A stretch of 64,000 bases of DNA from Prevotella sp. GTDB lineage: Bacteria > Bacteroidota > Bacteroidia > Bacteroidales > Bacteroidaceae. Below, in pieces: positions 1 through 8,308 of the stretch. The notes below the pieces were generated by a model. That model worked only from the letters and a program-made list of their open reading frames with translations. It searched no databases and was not told where the DNA came from. Both the position numbers and the translations under genes were made by a program. The DNA lies in NCBI GenBank assembly GCA_024680755.1, contig JAILBT010000037.1:3768-67767 (forward strand), written 5' to 3'. The stretch's first letter is position 1; every line of letters begins with the position of its first letter.

Positions 1-875
1 TAGAAGAACCATGCCGACACGGTGGCCCATATCAGCGCCACCACGCCTTCGGTTATCATGGCGCCATAGAAGAGCGGCCGGCCCATGTGTTCGCTCTTCA
101 CGCAGCGGGCCATCAGCGGGCTCTGTGTGGCGTGGAAGCCCGAGATGGCTCCGCAGGCGATGGTGATGAACAGGGCGGGGAAGATGTTGTCGGTCCATTT
201 GTCGGGCTCCGTGGCCGCACCCATGTTGTAGCAGTCGGTCCACAGCTCGGGCAGCGACGGCCAGTGAAGCACGAGCCACACCATCAGCGCGCCGGCCATG
301 AACAGCAGCGAGACGGCAAACAGCGGATACACCTTGCCGATAATCTTGTCTATGGGCAGCATCGTGGCGATGAAATAATAGCAGAAGATGATACAGATCC
401 ACATCAGCGTGTCGCCGCCGATGGAATGAAGTATCTCGGCCGGCGAATAGACGAACACTGCGCCCACCATGATGAGCAGCAGCACGGTGAACACCAGCAA
501 CACGCTTCTCGTGGCTTTACCCAAATAGTGGCCAACCATCTCGGGCAGTCCCGCTCCATCGTGGCGCATGGAGAGCATACCGGAGAAATAGTCGTGGGTG
601 GCTCCGGCAAAGATACACCCAAACACGATCCACAGGTAGGCCACGGGGCCAAACTTCGCGCCCATGATGGCACCGAAGATGGGGCCGGTGCCGGCGATGT
701 TCAGAAACTGGATCATGAATATCTTCCACCCGGGCAGAACGACATAGTCCAGGCCGTCGGCCTTGCTGACGGCGGGTGTCACGCGGTTGTCTGGGCCAAA
801 CACTCGTTCGACGTAGCGACCGTAGAAGAGATAGCCCAAGAGCAGGGCTACAAGACTTAAAATAAATGAAATCAT
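1..875 (-). CDS. cstA: Carbon starvation protein A family peptide/pyruvate transporter (runs off window start)
   Basis: Hand translation from ATG at 875: MISFILSLVALLLGYLFYGRYVERVFGPD...DGLDYVVLPGWKIFMIQFLNIAGTGPIFGAIMGAKFGP, the CstA N-terminal signature. Missing from the ORF track because its stop is outside the window. Confidence 0.9.
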   Translation of the reverse strand, partial: MISFILSLVALLLGYLFYGRYVERVFGPDNRVTPAVSKADGLDYVVLPGWKIFMIQFLNIAGTGPIFGAIMGAKFGPVAYLWIVFGCIFAGATHDYFSGMLSMRHDGAGLPEMVGHYLGKATRSVLLVFTVLLLIMVGAVFVYSPAEILHSIGGDTLMWICIIFCYYFIATMLPIDKIIGKVYPLFAVSLLFMAGALMVWLVLHWPSLPELWTDCYNMGAATEPDKWTDNIFPALFITIACGAISGFHATQSPLMARCVKSEHMGRPLFYGAMITEGVVALIWATVSAWFF

Positions 876-1080
876 GGCTTTGTTAACTGTAATTGTATAG
901 GCAATATAATACCTTAAACTGAAGAAAACGCTATTTTTCCCGAGCCGCAAAGGTATGCATTTTCTCTTATAGTACAAAAACTATTTCCTTTTTTTTGAAA
1001 ATGCAGGCAAAGCGCTGGCTGATTGGCAGAGGCGATAAGAAATAGACGACGAAAGACTTGGCCGTGTCGTCCCGAATGTG

Positions 1081-1088
1081 TAACTTTG
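1081..1088 (+). promoter_or_regulatory. Bacteroidetes -7 promoter box TAACTTTG for the TetR gene
   Basis: Matches TAnnTTTG; a divergent TACCTTTG on the minus strand near 948-955 serves cstA. Confidence 0.6.
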
Positions 1089-1100
1089 CAGCCAACTACC

Positions 1101-1151
1101 GGTACGCAGGTGTCTCACCTGCGGCAGCCGCGGGTGAGACACCCGCGTACC
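1101..1151. repeat. REP-like inverted doublet
   Basis: GGTACGCAGGTGTCTCACCTGCG-gcagc-CGCGGGTGAGACACCCGCGTACC; two palindromic units in inverted orientation. Confidence 0.75.
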
Positions 1152-1286
1152 AGTGCAAAGCGATGAAATAACCATTAGTTATATAGAAGCAGCAATGAGC
1201 GGTCATGGCGTGTAGCGTCCGCTGAACACGGGCACCATGCGCTGTATATACCTAAAGAAAACGTAGATAGTCTGGGAAGTACAAGC

Positions 1287-1946
1287 ATGAAAGCAAACAG
1301 CATAGTAAGCACAAAGACAAACACAAACACACAGAACGTGACCACAGCCTACCGGCAGGCACTGCGCACGCGCATACTCGACATGGCCATGCAGGAGTTC
1401 TCACGCCACGGCGTGCGCGCTGTGAAGATGGACGACCTAGCACAGGCCCTGAGCATATCCAAACGTACGCTCTATGAGCTGTACAGCAACAAGGAGGACC
1501 TGTTGTTTGAGGGCATTAGGAAATATCATGCCCTGCAGCTGGAAGAACACACGCGCATAGTGGAAAGCTCGGGTAACGTGATGGACACGCTGCTCATGCT
1601 CTACCAACATTCGGTGGCACAGCTGCGCGCGGTCAACCCGCTGTTCTATACCGACCTGGAGCGCTATCCGCGCATTGTGGACTATCTGCGGGCCGAGTCG
1701 CAGCGCAGACTCGACGGCCGCAAGGCTTTCATACGCCGTGGCATGGACGAGGGCTATTTCCGACGTGATGTCAACATCGACCTGGCGCTGCATGTGTTCG
1801 AGATACTCAGCACCCACATGGTGCGCGAGGGTGTCTTCAGCCTGTACAGCATTGACGACATCTACAACAGCGTGGTGTTCCTCATGCTGCGCGGACTGTG
1901 CACCGAGCGCGGCGTGAGGCGTATAGACCAGTTTCTGCACTGCTGA
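1287..1946 (+). CDS. TetR/AcrR family transcriptional regulator
   Basis: N-terminal HTH ILDMAMQEFSRHGVRAVKMDDLAQALSISKRTLYELY. Confidence 0.9.
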   Translation: MKANSIVSTKTNTNTQNVTTAYRQALRTRILDMAMQEFSRHGVRAVKMDDLAQALSISKRTLYELYSNKEDLLFEGIRKYHALQLEEHTRIVESSGNVMDTLLMLYQHSVAQLRAVNPLFYTDLERYPRIVDYLRAESQRRLDGRKAFIRRGMDEGYFRRDVNIDLALHVFEILSTHMVREGVFSLYSIDDIYNSVVFLMLRGLCTERGVRRIDQFLHC

Positions 1947-1960
1947 TGCTCGGGCGCGGC

Positions 1961-1987
1961 AAAAAAACAGGCTGTACGGCCTGTTTG
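1961..1987 (-). terminator. Intrinsic terminator between convergent TetR and waaA
   Basis: AAACAGGC...GCCTGTTT hairpin with an A7 run (U-tail on the minus strand). Confidence 0.65.
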
Positions 1988-1988
1988 C

Positions 1989-3251
1989 TCAGAGGGCAAG
2001 CTCCAGTATCTTCTGTGTGGCGCCGCTGCGTCTGGCCACATAGCGTCCGGCAGCGGCCGCTGCGTCGGCGTATGCCTGCCCGTCGCGGGCGAGGCGGTCC
2101 ATCGTGCGTTCCAGGTCGGCCGTCGTCGTCAGCTCGAAGCCGCCGCCCAGCCGCTTCAGGTCTTGAGCCTCTTGGAAGCGCTGGTTGTTCGGGCCGAAGA
2201 GCACGGGTATGGACCACACCGCAGCCTCGGGCAGGTTGTGTATGCCCACGCCGAAGCCGCCGCCCACCAGTGCCACGCTGCCGTAGCGGTAGATGCTCGA
2301 CAGCAGGCCATAGCAGTTGATGATAAGCACGTCGGCACATGACACCTGGGCACTGTCGCACAGCGCTGCGCCGCGCTCGCTGCTCACCTGGTAGGTGGCC
2401 GAGCTCAGGCCCAGCCCCGTCAGCTGCTGGCGCAGCCGCTGCACACGTTCGTCGCTCACCACATGGGTGGCTATGATGAGGCGCCACTCCTTGTGCCGGG
2501 CGAAGTAGGGCAGATAGACCTGCTCGTCGGCCTCCCACGAGCTGCCCACCACCATCGTGCGCTGGCCGCGGCGCGTGGCATCGGCGGCGAAGGCCTCGCA
2601 TAGCGGCAGCACCTTCGACTCGCGCTTGACCTGCAACACGCGGTCGAAGCGGGTGTCGCCCGTCACGCTTGCGTTGAGCAGACCCAAGCGGGCCAGCAGG
2701 ACGCAGCTCTGCTCGTTCTGCACGAAGAAGTGGGTGAAGCAGTGCAGCACGCGCCCATACTGCCGGCCATACCAGCGGAAGAACACCTGCCCGGGCCGGA
2801 AGATGCTGCTCACGCTATAGACCGGCACGCCGCGGTGCCTCAGTATGTGCAGGTAGTTGTACCAGAACTCATACTTGATGAAAAATGCCATCTCGGGCCT
2901 CACCAGGCTGAGGAAGCGCCGGGCGTTGGCGGCGGTGTCGATGGGCAGGTAGCACACGATGTCAGCACCGGCATAGTTCTTGCGCACCTCATAGCCCGAC
3001 GGCGAGAAGAACGTCAGCAGTATCTTCAGCTCCGGGTGCTGCCGGCGCAGCTCCTCCATCAGGGGGCGTCCCTGCTCAAACTCGCCCAGCGAGGCGGCAT
3101 GGAACCACACATAGCGTGCACCCGGCTCCACACGCCGGCGTAACTCGCCGAAGGCGGCACGCTCGCCACGCCACATCGTGCGAACTTTCTTGCTGAACAG
3201 GCTGGCCACAGCCACACCCAGCTGGTAGAGATATAGTAGGACGTTATACAT
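1989..3251 (-). CDS. waaA: 3-deoxy-D-manno-octulosonic acid (Kdo) transferase
   Basis: WFHAASLGEFEQ, TFFSPSG, YLPID, TGDTRFD, GGGFG...HNLPEAA motifs. Confidence 0.93.
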   Translation of the reverse strand: MYNVLLYLYQLGVAVASLFSKKVRTMWRGERAAFGELRRRVEPGARYVWFHAASLGEFEQGRPLMEELRRQHPELKILLTFFSPSGYEVRKNYAGADIVCYLPIDTAANARRFLSLVRPEMAFFIKYEFWYNYLHILRHRGVPVYSVSSIFRPGQVFFRWYGRQYGRVLHCFTHFFVQNEQSCVLLARLGLLNASVTGDTRFDRVLQVKRESKVLPLCEAFAADATRRGQRTMVVGSSWEADEQVYLPYFARHKEWRLIIATHVVSDERVQRLRQQLTGLGLSSATYQVSSERGAALCDSAQVSCADVLIINCYGLLSSIYRYGSVALVGGGFGVGIHNLPEAAVWSIPVLFGPNNQRFQEAQDLKRLGGGFELTTTADLERTMDRLARDGQAYADAAAAAGRYVARRSGATQKILELAL

Positions 3252-3310
3252 CGGCGCAAGTCCGGCCTGCGCTCTCCGCAGGGGCTTCTTTTAATACAGT
3301 GTGTATAGAC

Positions 3311-3357
3311 GGGCTTAGTCTGTAGTCGCAGGCGACAGACTAAGCCCTGTTTTTTTA
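3311..3357. terminator. Strong hairpin with a plus-strand T-run between gltX and waaA
   Basis: GGGCTTAGTCTGT...ACAGACTAAGCCC followed by TGTTTTTTTT; the U-tail is on the strand opposite to both genes. Confidence 0.5.
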
Positions 3358-3359
3358 TC

Positions 3360-4874
3360 CTATAGATTCTCGATGGCCCGTGCCATACGGCGCAGGGTCT
3401 CTTCCTTGCCCAGCCATGCCGAGATGTCGAACATGCCGGGACCCTTGCCTTCGCCCACCAGACAGAGGCGCCAGGCGTTCATCACGTTGCCCAGCTTGTA
3501 GCCCTTCTGCTCTATCCAGCGCTCCACGGCCTGCTCCTGCGAGGCTATGGAGAAGTCGTCCAGCTCGCGCAGCAGCTCGGCCAGCTCGGTCATCACCTGT
3601 GGCGAGTCGTCTTTCCAGCGCTTCCTGACTGTCTTCTCGTCATACTGTGTGGGGGCCTCGAAGAAGAAGCTGCACAGGGGCCACAGCTCGTGGACGAAGT
3701 TGACGCGGTCTTTCATCATGGCCACCACCTGCTCGATGCGTGCGGCCGGCTCCGTCACGCCGTGCTGCCGGCAGAGGGGCTCGAACAGGGTGCTTATCTC
3801 GTGGGCCGACTTGCGCAGCAGGTATTCGTGGTTGAACCAGATGCCTTTCTCAAAGGCAAACTTGGCTCCGCTCTTCGAACATTTCTGTATGTCGAACGCC
3901 TGGGCCAGCTCGTCCAGGCTGAACATCTCTTGCTCGGTGCCGGGGTTCCAGCCCAGCAGCGCCAGGAAGTTGACCACCGCCTCGGGGAAGTAGCCCTGCT
4001 CGCGGTAGCCGCTGCTCACGGCGCCGCTCTTCGGGTCGTGCCATTCCAGCGGGAACACGGGGAAGCCCAGCCGGTCGCCGTCGCGCTTCGACAGCTTACC
4101 CTTGCCGTCGGGCTTTAGCAGCAGGGGCAGGTGGGCAAACTGCGGCATGGTGTCTTGCCAGCCCAGAGCCTCATAGAGCAGCACATGCAGCGGGGCCGAC
4201 GGCAACCACTCTTCGCCCCTGATGACGTGGGTGATCTCCATCAGGTGGTCGTCGACGATGTTGGCCAGGTGGTAGGTGGGCAGCTCGTCGGCGCTCTTGT
4301 AGAGCACCTTGTCGTCCATGATGTCGGTGCGCACCACCACCAGGCCGCGTATCAGGTCCTTCACATGCACCTCGCGGCCGGGGTCTATCCTGAAGCGCAC
4401 GGTGTACTGTGCGCCCTGGCTGATGAGGCGCTCCGTCTCTGCCGGGCCCAGCGTGAGCGAGTTGCGCATCTGCATGCGCGTAGAGGCATCGTATTGGAAA
4501 TTGTCTTGCTGCTCCCGACGGGCACTGAGCTCCTCGGGCGTGTCAAAGGCTATGTATGCCTTGCCCGTGTCTAAGAGCTGCCGCACATACTGCTTGTAGA
4601 TGTCGCGGCGCTCGCTCTGGCGGTAGGGCCCCTTGTCGCCGCCGAAGCTCACACCCTCGTCAAACTGGATGCCCAGCCAGCGGAACGACTCCAGGATATA
4701 CTCCTCGGCCCCGGGCACGAAGCGCGCGGAGTCGGTGTCTTCTATGCGGAACACCAGGTCGCCGCCGTGCTGGCGGGCAAAGAGGTAGTTGTAGAGGGCG
4801 GTGCGAACGCCGCCGATATGCAGTGGTCCCGTGGGACTGGGTGCAAAGCGCACCCTGACGCGTCTGTCTGTCAT
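3360..4874 (-). CDS. gltX: Glutamate--tRNA ligase
   Basis: [16 protein letters not shown] (HIGH), [19 protein letters not shown] (KMSKS). Start moved to ATG 4874 because a TACCTTTG promoter box lies at 4917-4924. Confidence 0.97.
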   Translation of the reverse strand: MTDRRVRVRFAPSPTGPLHIGGVRTALYNYLFARQHGGDLVFRIEDTDSARFVPGAEEYILESFRWLGIQFDEGVSFGGDKGPYRQSERRDIYKQYVRQLLDTGKAYIAFDTPEELSARREQQDNFQYDASTRMQMRNSLTLGPAETERLISQGAQYTVRFRIDPGREVHVKDLIRGLVVVRTDIMDDKVLYKSADELPTYHLANIVDDHLMEITHVIRGEEWLPSAPLHVLLYEALGWQDTMPQFAHLPLLLKPDGKGKLSKRDGDRLGFPVFPLEWHDPKSGAVSSGYREQGYFPEAVVNFLALLGWNPGTEQEMFSLDELAQAFDIQKCSKSGAKFAFEKGIWFNHEYLLRKSAHEISTLFEPLCRQHGVTEPAARIEQVVAMMKDRVNFVHELWPLCSFFFEAPTQYDEKTVRKRWKDDSPQVMTELAELLRELDDFSIASQEQAVERWIEQKGYKLGNVMNAWRLCLVGEGKGPGMFDISAWLGKEETLRRMARAIENL

Positions 4875-4972
4875 TGCTTTGATGTTAAGGAATACACTTT
4901 TCTCGGTTTTCGGCTGCAAAGGTAGCTAAACTTAATGACACGGCAAAGAAAACGGTCAAAACTTTGATGCTC

Positions 4973-5008
4973 GCTTGTAGGGACGCGACGTGTCGCGTCC
5001 CTACAAGC
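4973..5008. repeat. GTAG-type REP palindrome
   Basis: GCTTGTAGGGACGCGAC-GT-GTCGCGTCCCTACAAGC, perfect 17-bp arms; relatives near 48008, 49144 and 57074. Confidence 0.85.
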
Positions 5009-5585
5009 CGAAGGATATACCGACGCGCGTGTAGCCCATCGCGGCAAACATCTGCCTGAGCTGCGTGTCGGCTTGCCGGCGTGCCGTCTCTATGTTGTGG
5101 CGCGACATGCCGCGTGCCAGCATGCGGCTGTGGGCGCGGCGGAACAGTGCTTCGCGGTCGGCCGCTGTCCAGCGTCCGCTCTCGTAGAACGACTGTGTGC
5201 GGGCCTCGTCGATGAAGTCGTGGTCCAGCAGCTCTATGTCGGGCACCACCGCCGTCAGGCTGTCGCCCGTGGCCCGCAGCCAGCCGGGCTCGCAGCGCCG
5301 CATGTCTATGCCTAAGCGCATGGTGCCGTAGTAGATGCGGGCCAGGTGGTCGTCGCTGAACAGTCCGCGACGCACCGTATCGACCAGCTCTTCCTGGGCC
5401 ACGCTCAGAAACTCCCATTGCCCCACCTGCCGAATGGCTGTCACCACCTGTGGTGTCGCGTCTATCTGGTTGTCGGCGGCCTCCAGCTCCACCGCGGTGT
5501 GCTTCGGTGCGAACAGCAGCCACCACACGGCGGCCACCACGACCGCCGCCGCCACGCTATATATAATAATGTGTACGCTCTTCAT
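5001..5585 (-). CDS. DUF4230-like membrane-anchored protein
   Basis: N-terminal TM helix, then GTMRLGIDM...DSLTAVVPDIEL and a C-terminal FAAMGYTRVGISF; tandem with a similar gene. Confidence 0.65.
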   Translation of the reverse strand: MKSVHIIIYSVAAAVVVAAVWWLLFAPKHTAVELEAADNQIDATPQVVTAIRQVGQWEFLSVAQEELVDTVRRGLFSDDHLARIYYGTMRLGIDMRRCEPGWLRATGDSLTAVVPDIELLDHDFIDEARTQSFYESGRWTAADREALFRRAHSRMLARGMSRHNIETARRQADTQLRQMFAAMGYTRVGISFGL

Positions 5586-5598
5586 CTCTCGCTATACA

Positions 5599-5785
5599 GT
5601 TTCATGTTCAATGTTTCATGTTTCATGTATAATATATAATGTTTAATGTATAATGTATAATGTTTAATGTATAATGTTTAATGTATAATGTATAATGTTT
5701 AATGTATAATGTATAATGTTTAATGTTTAATGTTTAATGTATAATGTATAATGTATAATGTTTAATGTTTAATGTTTAATGTTCA
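5599..5785. repeat. Heptamer tandem array (TAATGTA/TAATGTT)n, about 26 units
   Basis: Directly visible; fills the intergenic gap and overlaps the stop codon of the upstream gene. Confidence 0.95.
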
Positions 5786-6537
5786 GTGTCTTCCTTCACC
5801 ACAAGTCTCATGTCGTCGCGGAATGTGATGGTGATGTTCTGCTCGCTGAAGCCCATCTGCGTCAGCATTGGCACCAGCAGTCGTGCTGCGCTCTCCTGTG
5901 CTGCCTGTTCGATGCCCAGCGTGGGTATGGCGTTCATCATGGCCTGTCGGCCCTGCCGTGTGTAGTCGGCCATCTCCTCGTCGGTGAAGCGGCTGCGCGT
6001 CAGCGCCACATAGCTCTTGGTTCCCTGCCAGTCCACCTTGCTGCTTGTCAGCACGGCCTCGGGGTTGGGCAGATAGACGGTTATGCGGTCGCCTTGCCGC
6101 CGGACGTTGTCGGCGCTGAAGCCGCCCAGATCGACATAGCCCTTCACCGTGGCGTCCATAGGAATGGCTATCTTACGCTGTCCGGCCGGCAGGCTCACGT
6201 CGAAGCTCTGGCCCAGCAGTTGTCCGCGCAGGCGCAGGTCGTCGTCGTGGGTCACAATCTTGTGCAGGTGCCACTCGGTGGTATGCAGCCTGGAGCAGCG
6301 TCGCACCATCTGCACCACCAGGGCCGTCGTGTCGGCGGGTGTCACCACCGTGGCTGTCGGGGCAGTGCTCTGCCGCTCGTCTGCCGCTTTGCTGCCGCAG
6401 CGCCACGCCAGCACGGCTATGGCAGCCACCGCCACGGCCACCACCGCGCAGCCCAGACGCCTGCGTGGGGTGGGGTGGGAGCTGCGGCCCGGCTCCCGGC
6501 GGGTCCCGTCGGCGGCAGTTATCTGAGTGTTGTCCAT
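5776..6537 (-). CDS. DUF4230-like membrane-anchored protein
   Basis: TM helix, then KIAIPMDATVKGYVDLGGFS...ITVYLPNPE and LTQMGFSEQNITITF. Confidence 0.75.
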   Translation of the reverse strand: MDNTQITAADGTRREPGRSSHPTPRRRLGCAVVAVAVAAIAVLAWRCGSKAADERQSTAPTATVVTPADTTALVVQMVRRCSRLHTTEWHLHKIVTHDDDLRLRGQLLGQSFDVSLPAGQRKIAIPMDATVKGYVDLGGFSADNVRRQGDRITVYLPNPEAVLTSSKVDWQGTKSYVALTRSRFTDEEMADYTRQGRQAMMNAIPTLGIEQAAQESAARLLVPMLTQMGFSEQNITITFRDDMRLVVKEDTEH

Positions 6538-6646
6538 GAGCGTTTCTCTGTGTCTGTTGGTTTATTCATGCTGCAAAAGTATGACAAAAAATGCAGACCG
6601 CAAAAACTTACGTCCGTTTTTTGGGGCATCATAGCCCCACAAATAA

Positions 6647-6763
6647 TGCTTTTGCCCCTACAGGGCGTGGGCTACGCCACCTGCTACCCAGGGCGTTCTT
6701 GCCTTGCAAGCGACCAGAGGTCGAGCGGCCCCGGGCTGTGTGCTCATTGCCCCTTCGGGGCGT
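6647..6763. repeat. REPIN-like composite palindrome (GCCCCTACAGGGC / CCCAGGGC..GCCCCGGG / GCCCCTTCGGGGC)
   Basis: Three short hairpins; the central one is interrupted by a 30-nt insert. Confidence 0.65.
6698..6727 (-). mobile_element. 30-nt two-hairpin mini insertion element, copy 1
   Basis: Minus strand CGCTCG-ACC-TCT-GGT-CG-CTTGC-AAG-GCAAG, between C and AAC. Confidence 0.7.
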
Positions 6764-6789
6764 TAACGGGTGGTTGCGGATAGTCAGAA

Positions 6790-6895
6790 AGCATTTACAA
6801 TGCGATAATAAAGCATTTATCTTTTCGCATTGCAAATGCTGATATTCGGTGCGGTCGGATTGCAAATCCGACCGAGCGACCGAGCGACCGAGCGG
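6790..6895. repeat. GATTTGCAATC-type REP-like element with terminal CGACCGAG triplication
   Basis: AAATGCTGATATTC..TGCGGTCGGATTGCAAATCCGACCGAGCG is shared with about 20081-20125. Confidence 0.75.
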
Positions 6896-7067
6896 GCAAC
6901 ATGATAACCTAAAACCCTTCCGCCCCCAACAAGTTGAGCACTCGCGAAACCTGAACACAATTATTTCTCACAAAAATACCTCCGTCTGGAAATTTATGAC
7001 TACATTTGCACCCTCGCAGACATGAGAGCATATTCGTCATCGCAAACCTATAATACCCACCCAAGCT

Positions 7068-7829
7068 ATGCTTCGCTTTATTTCATGGAATGTCAACGGC
7101 CTCAGGGCCTGTGTCGGCAAGGGCTTTGCCGACAACTTCAACCGGCTTGATGCCGACTTCTTCTGCCTGCAGGAGACAAAGATGCAGCAGGGCCAGCTTG
7201 ACCTGCAGTTTCCGGGCTACGACAGCTACTGGTGCTATGCCGATAAGAAGGGCTACAGCGGCACGGCCGTCTATGTGCGCCATCGTCCGCTGAACGTGAC
7301 GCGCGGCATCGGCATCGACCGGCACGACCACGAAGGCCGTGTGCTGACGTTGGAGATGCCACGCTTCTTCCTCGTGTGTGTATATACGCCCAACTCGCAA
7401 GACGAGCTCCGACGGCTCGACTACCGCATGGAATGGGAGGAGGCCTTCCGCAGCTATCTGCAGCAGCTCGACGCCGTCAAGCCCGTCGTGGTGTGCGGCG
7501 ACATGAACGTGGCCCACGAGGAGATAGACCTGGCCAACCCACGCACCAACCACCAGAACGCCGGCTTCACCGACCAGGAGAGGCAGAAGATGACCGAGCT
7601 GCTCCAGGCCGGCTTTGCCGACACCTACCGCCGGCTGCACCCCGACCAGGTGCAGTATTCGTGGTGGAGCTACCGCATGAGGGCGCGCGAACGCAACGTG
7701 GGCTGGCGCATCGACTACTTCCTTGTCAGCGAGCGTCTCATGCCGGCCGTGGCCTGTGCTGACATACACACCGACATCATGGGCAGCGACCACTGCCCCG
7801 TGGAGCTCTGCCTCAACGACGAGCCGTAG
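7068..7829 (+). CDS. xth: Exodeoxyribonuclease III (AP endonuclease)
   Basis: SWNVNGLRA, CLQETK, KKGYSGTA, CGDMNVAH, GWRIDYF, GSDHCP; TACATTTG promoter box at 7001. Confidence 0.96.
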   Translation: MLRFISWNVNGLRACVGKGFADNFNRLDADFFCLQETKMQQGQLDLQFPGYDSYWCYADKKGYSGTAVYVRHRPLNVTRGIGIDRHDHEGRVLTLEMPRFFLVCVYTPNSQDELRRLDYRMEWEEAFRSYLQQLDAVKPVVVCGDMNVAHEEIDLANPRTNHQNAGFTDQERQKMTELLQAGFADTYRRLHPDQVQYSWWSYRMRARERNVGWRIDYFLVSERLMPAVACADIHTDIMGSDHCPVELCLNDEP

Positions 7830-7963
7830 GCTGACTGACATCGTGGACGGAAAGAACTCTGCCGCGTCCGGCTGCAAGCGGAAGCTGATGTTATCATAGC
7901 CAGGTAAGTACTTGATTTATTTGAACAGGACTGACGGCCTGAATACAACTGTTGTGAACCCGG

Positions 7964-8165
7964 GTACAAAACAGGCCCCACCCAAGTACAAAACAGGCCC
8001 CACCAAGGTACAAAACAGGCCCCGTCAGAGTTTTCGGCTACAGGCGAAAGACCTTTCGCCTGTAGCCGAAAGACCTTTCGCCTGTAGCCGAAAAGCTTTT
8101 CGCCTGTAGCCGAAAACCCTTGGCTTGTTTTGACGCAACCGACAAGTTTGCCCGTAACCGAAAAC
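7964..8165. repeat. Composite ~22-nt-period repeat: GTACAAAACAGGCCCC x3, then CTTTCGCCTGTAGCCGAAA (one inverted, three direct)
   Basis: Directly visible; related composite at 60794-60955. Confidence 0.85.
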
Positions 8166-8283
8166 TCCTTGGCGGTCGCGTACGGTGGTAAGATAGATGA
8201 CAACTGAGTAGTTACTGTCGAATGTCCTAATATTAAAGAAAGTTAAAATATGTATAATGCTAATAATTTTACATGCTTTTTTG

Positions 8284-8291
8284 TAACTTTG
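8284..8291 (+). promoter_or_regulatory. -7 promoter box TAACTTTG at the head of the pilus locus
   Basis: TAnnTTTG consensus after an AT-rich stretch; implies the ORF starts at GTG 8309 rather than ATG 8273. Confidence 0.65.
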
Positions 8292-8308
8292 CAGCCAAAA
8301 CTTACTAC

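Noticed and set aside
6591-6958. Small ORFs in repeat regions (also 7715-8336, 47784-48164, 60596-61032)
   Set aside because: They are translations of REP or tandem repeats.
7964-8165. CRISPR array (also 12019-12228 and 60794-60955)
   Set aside because: Units are directly tandem with no unique spacers, and no cas genes are present.
7830-8308. Invertase-controlled invertible promoter for the pilus locus
   Set aside because: No recombinase gene is adjacent and no inverted repeats flanking the -7 box were found; the nearby inverted unit abuts its partner and encloses nothing.
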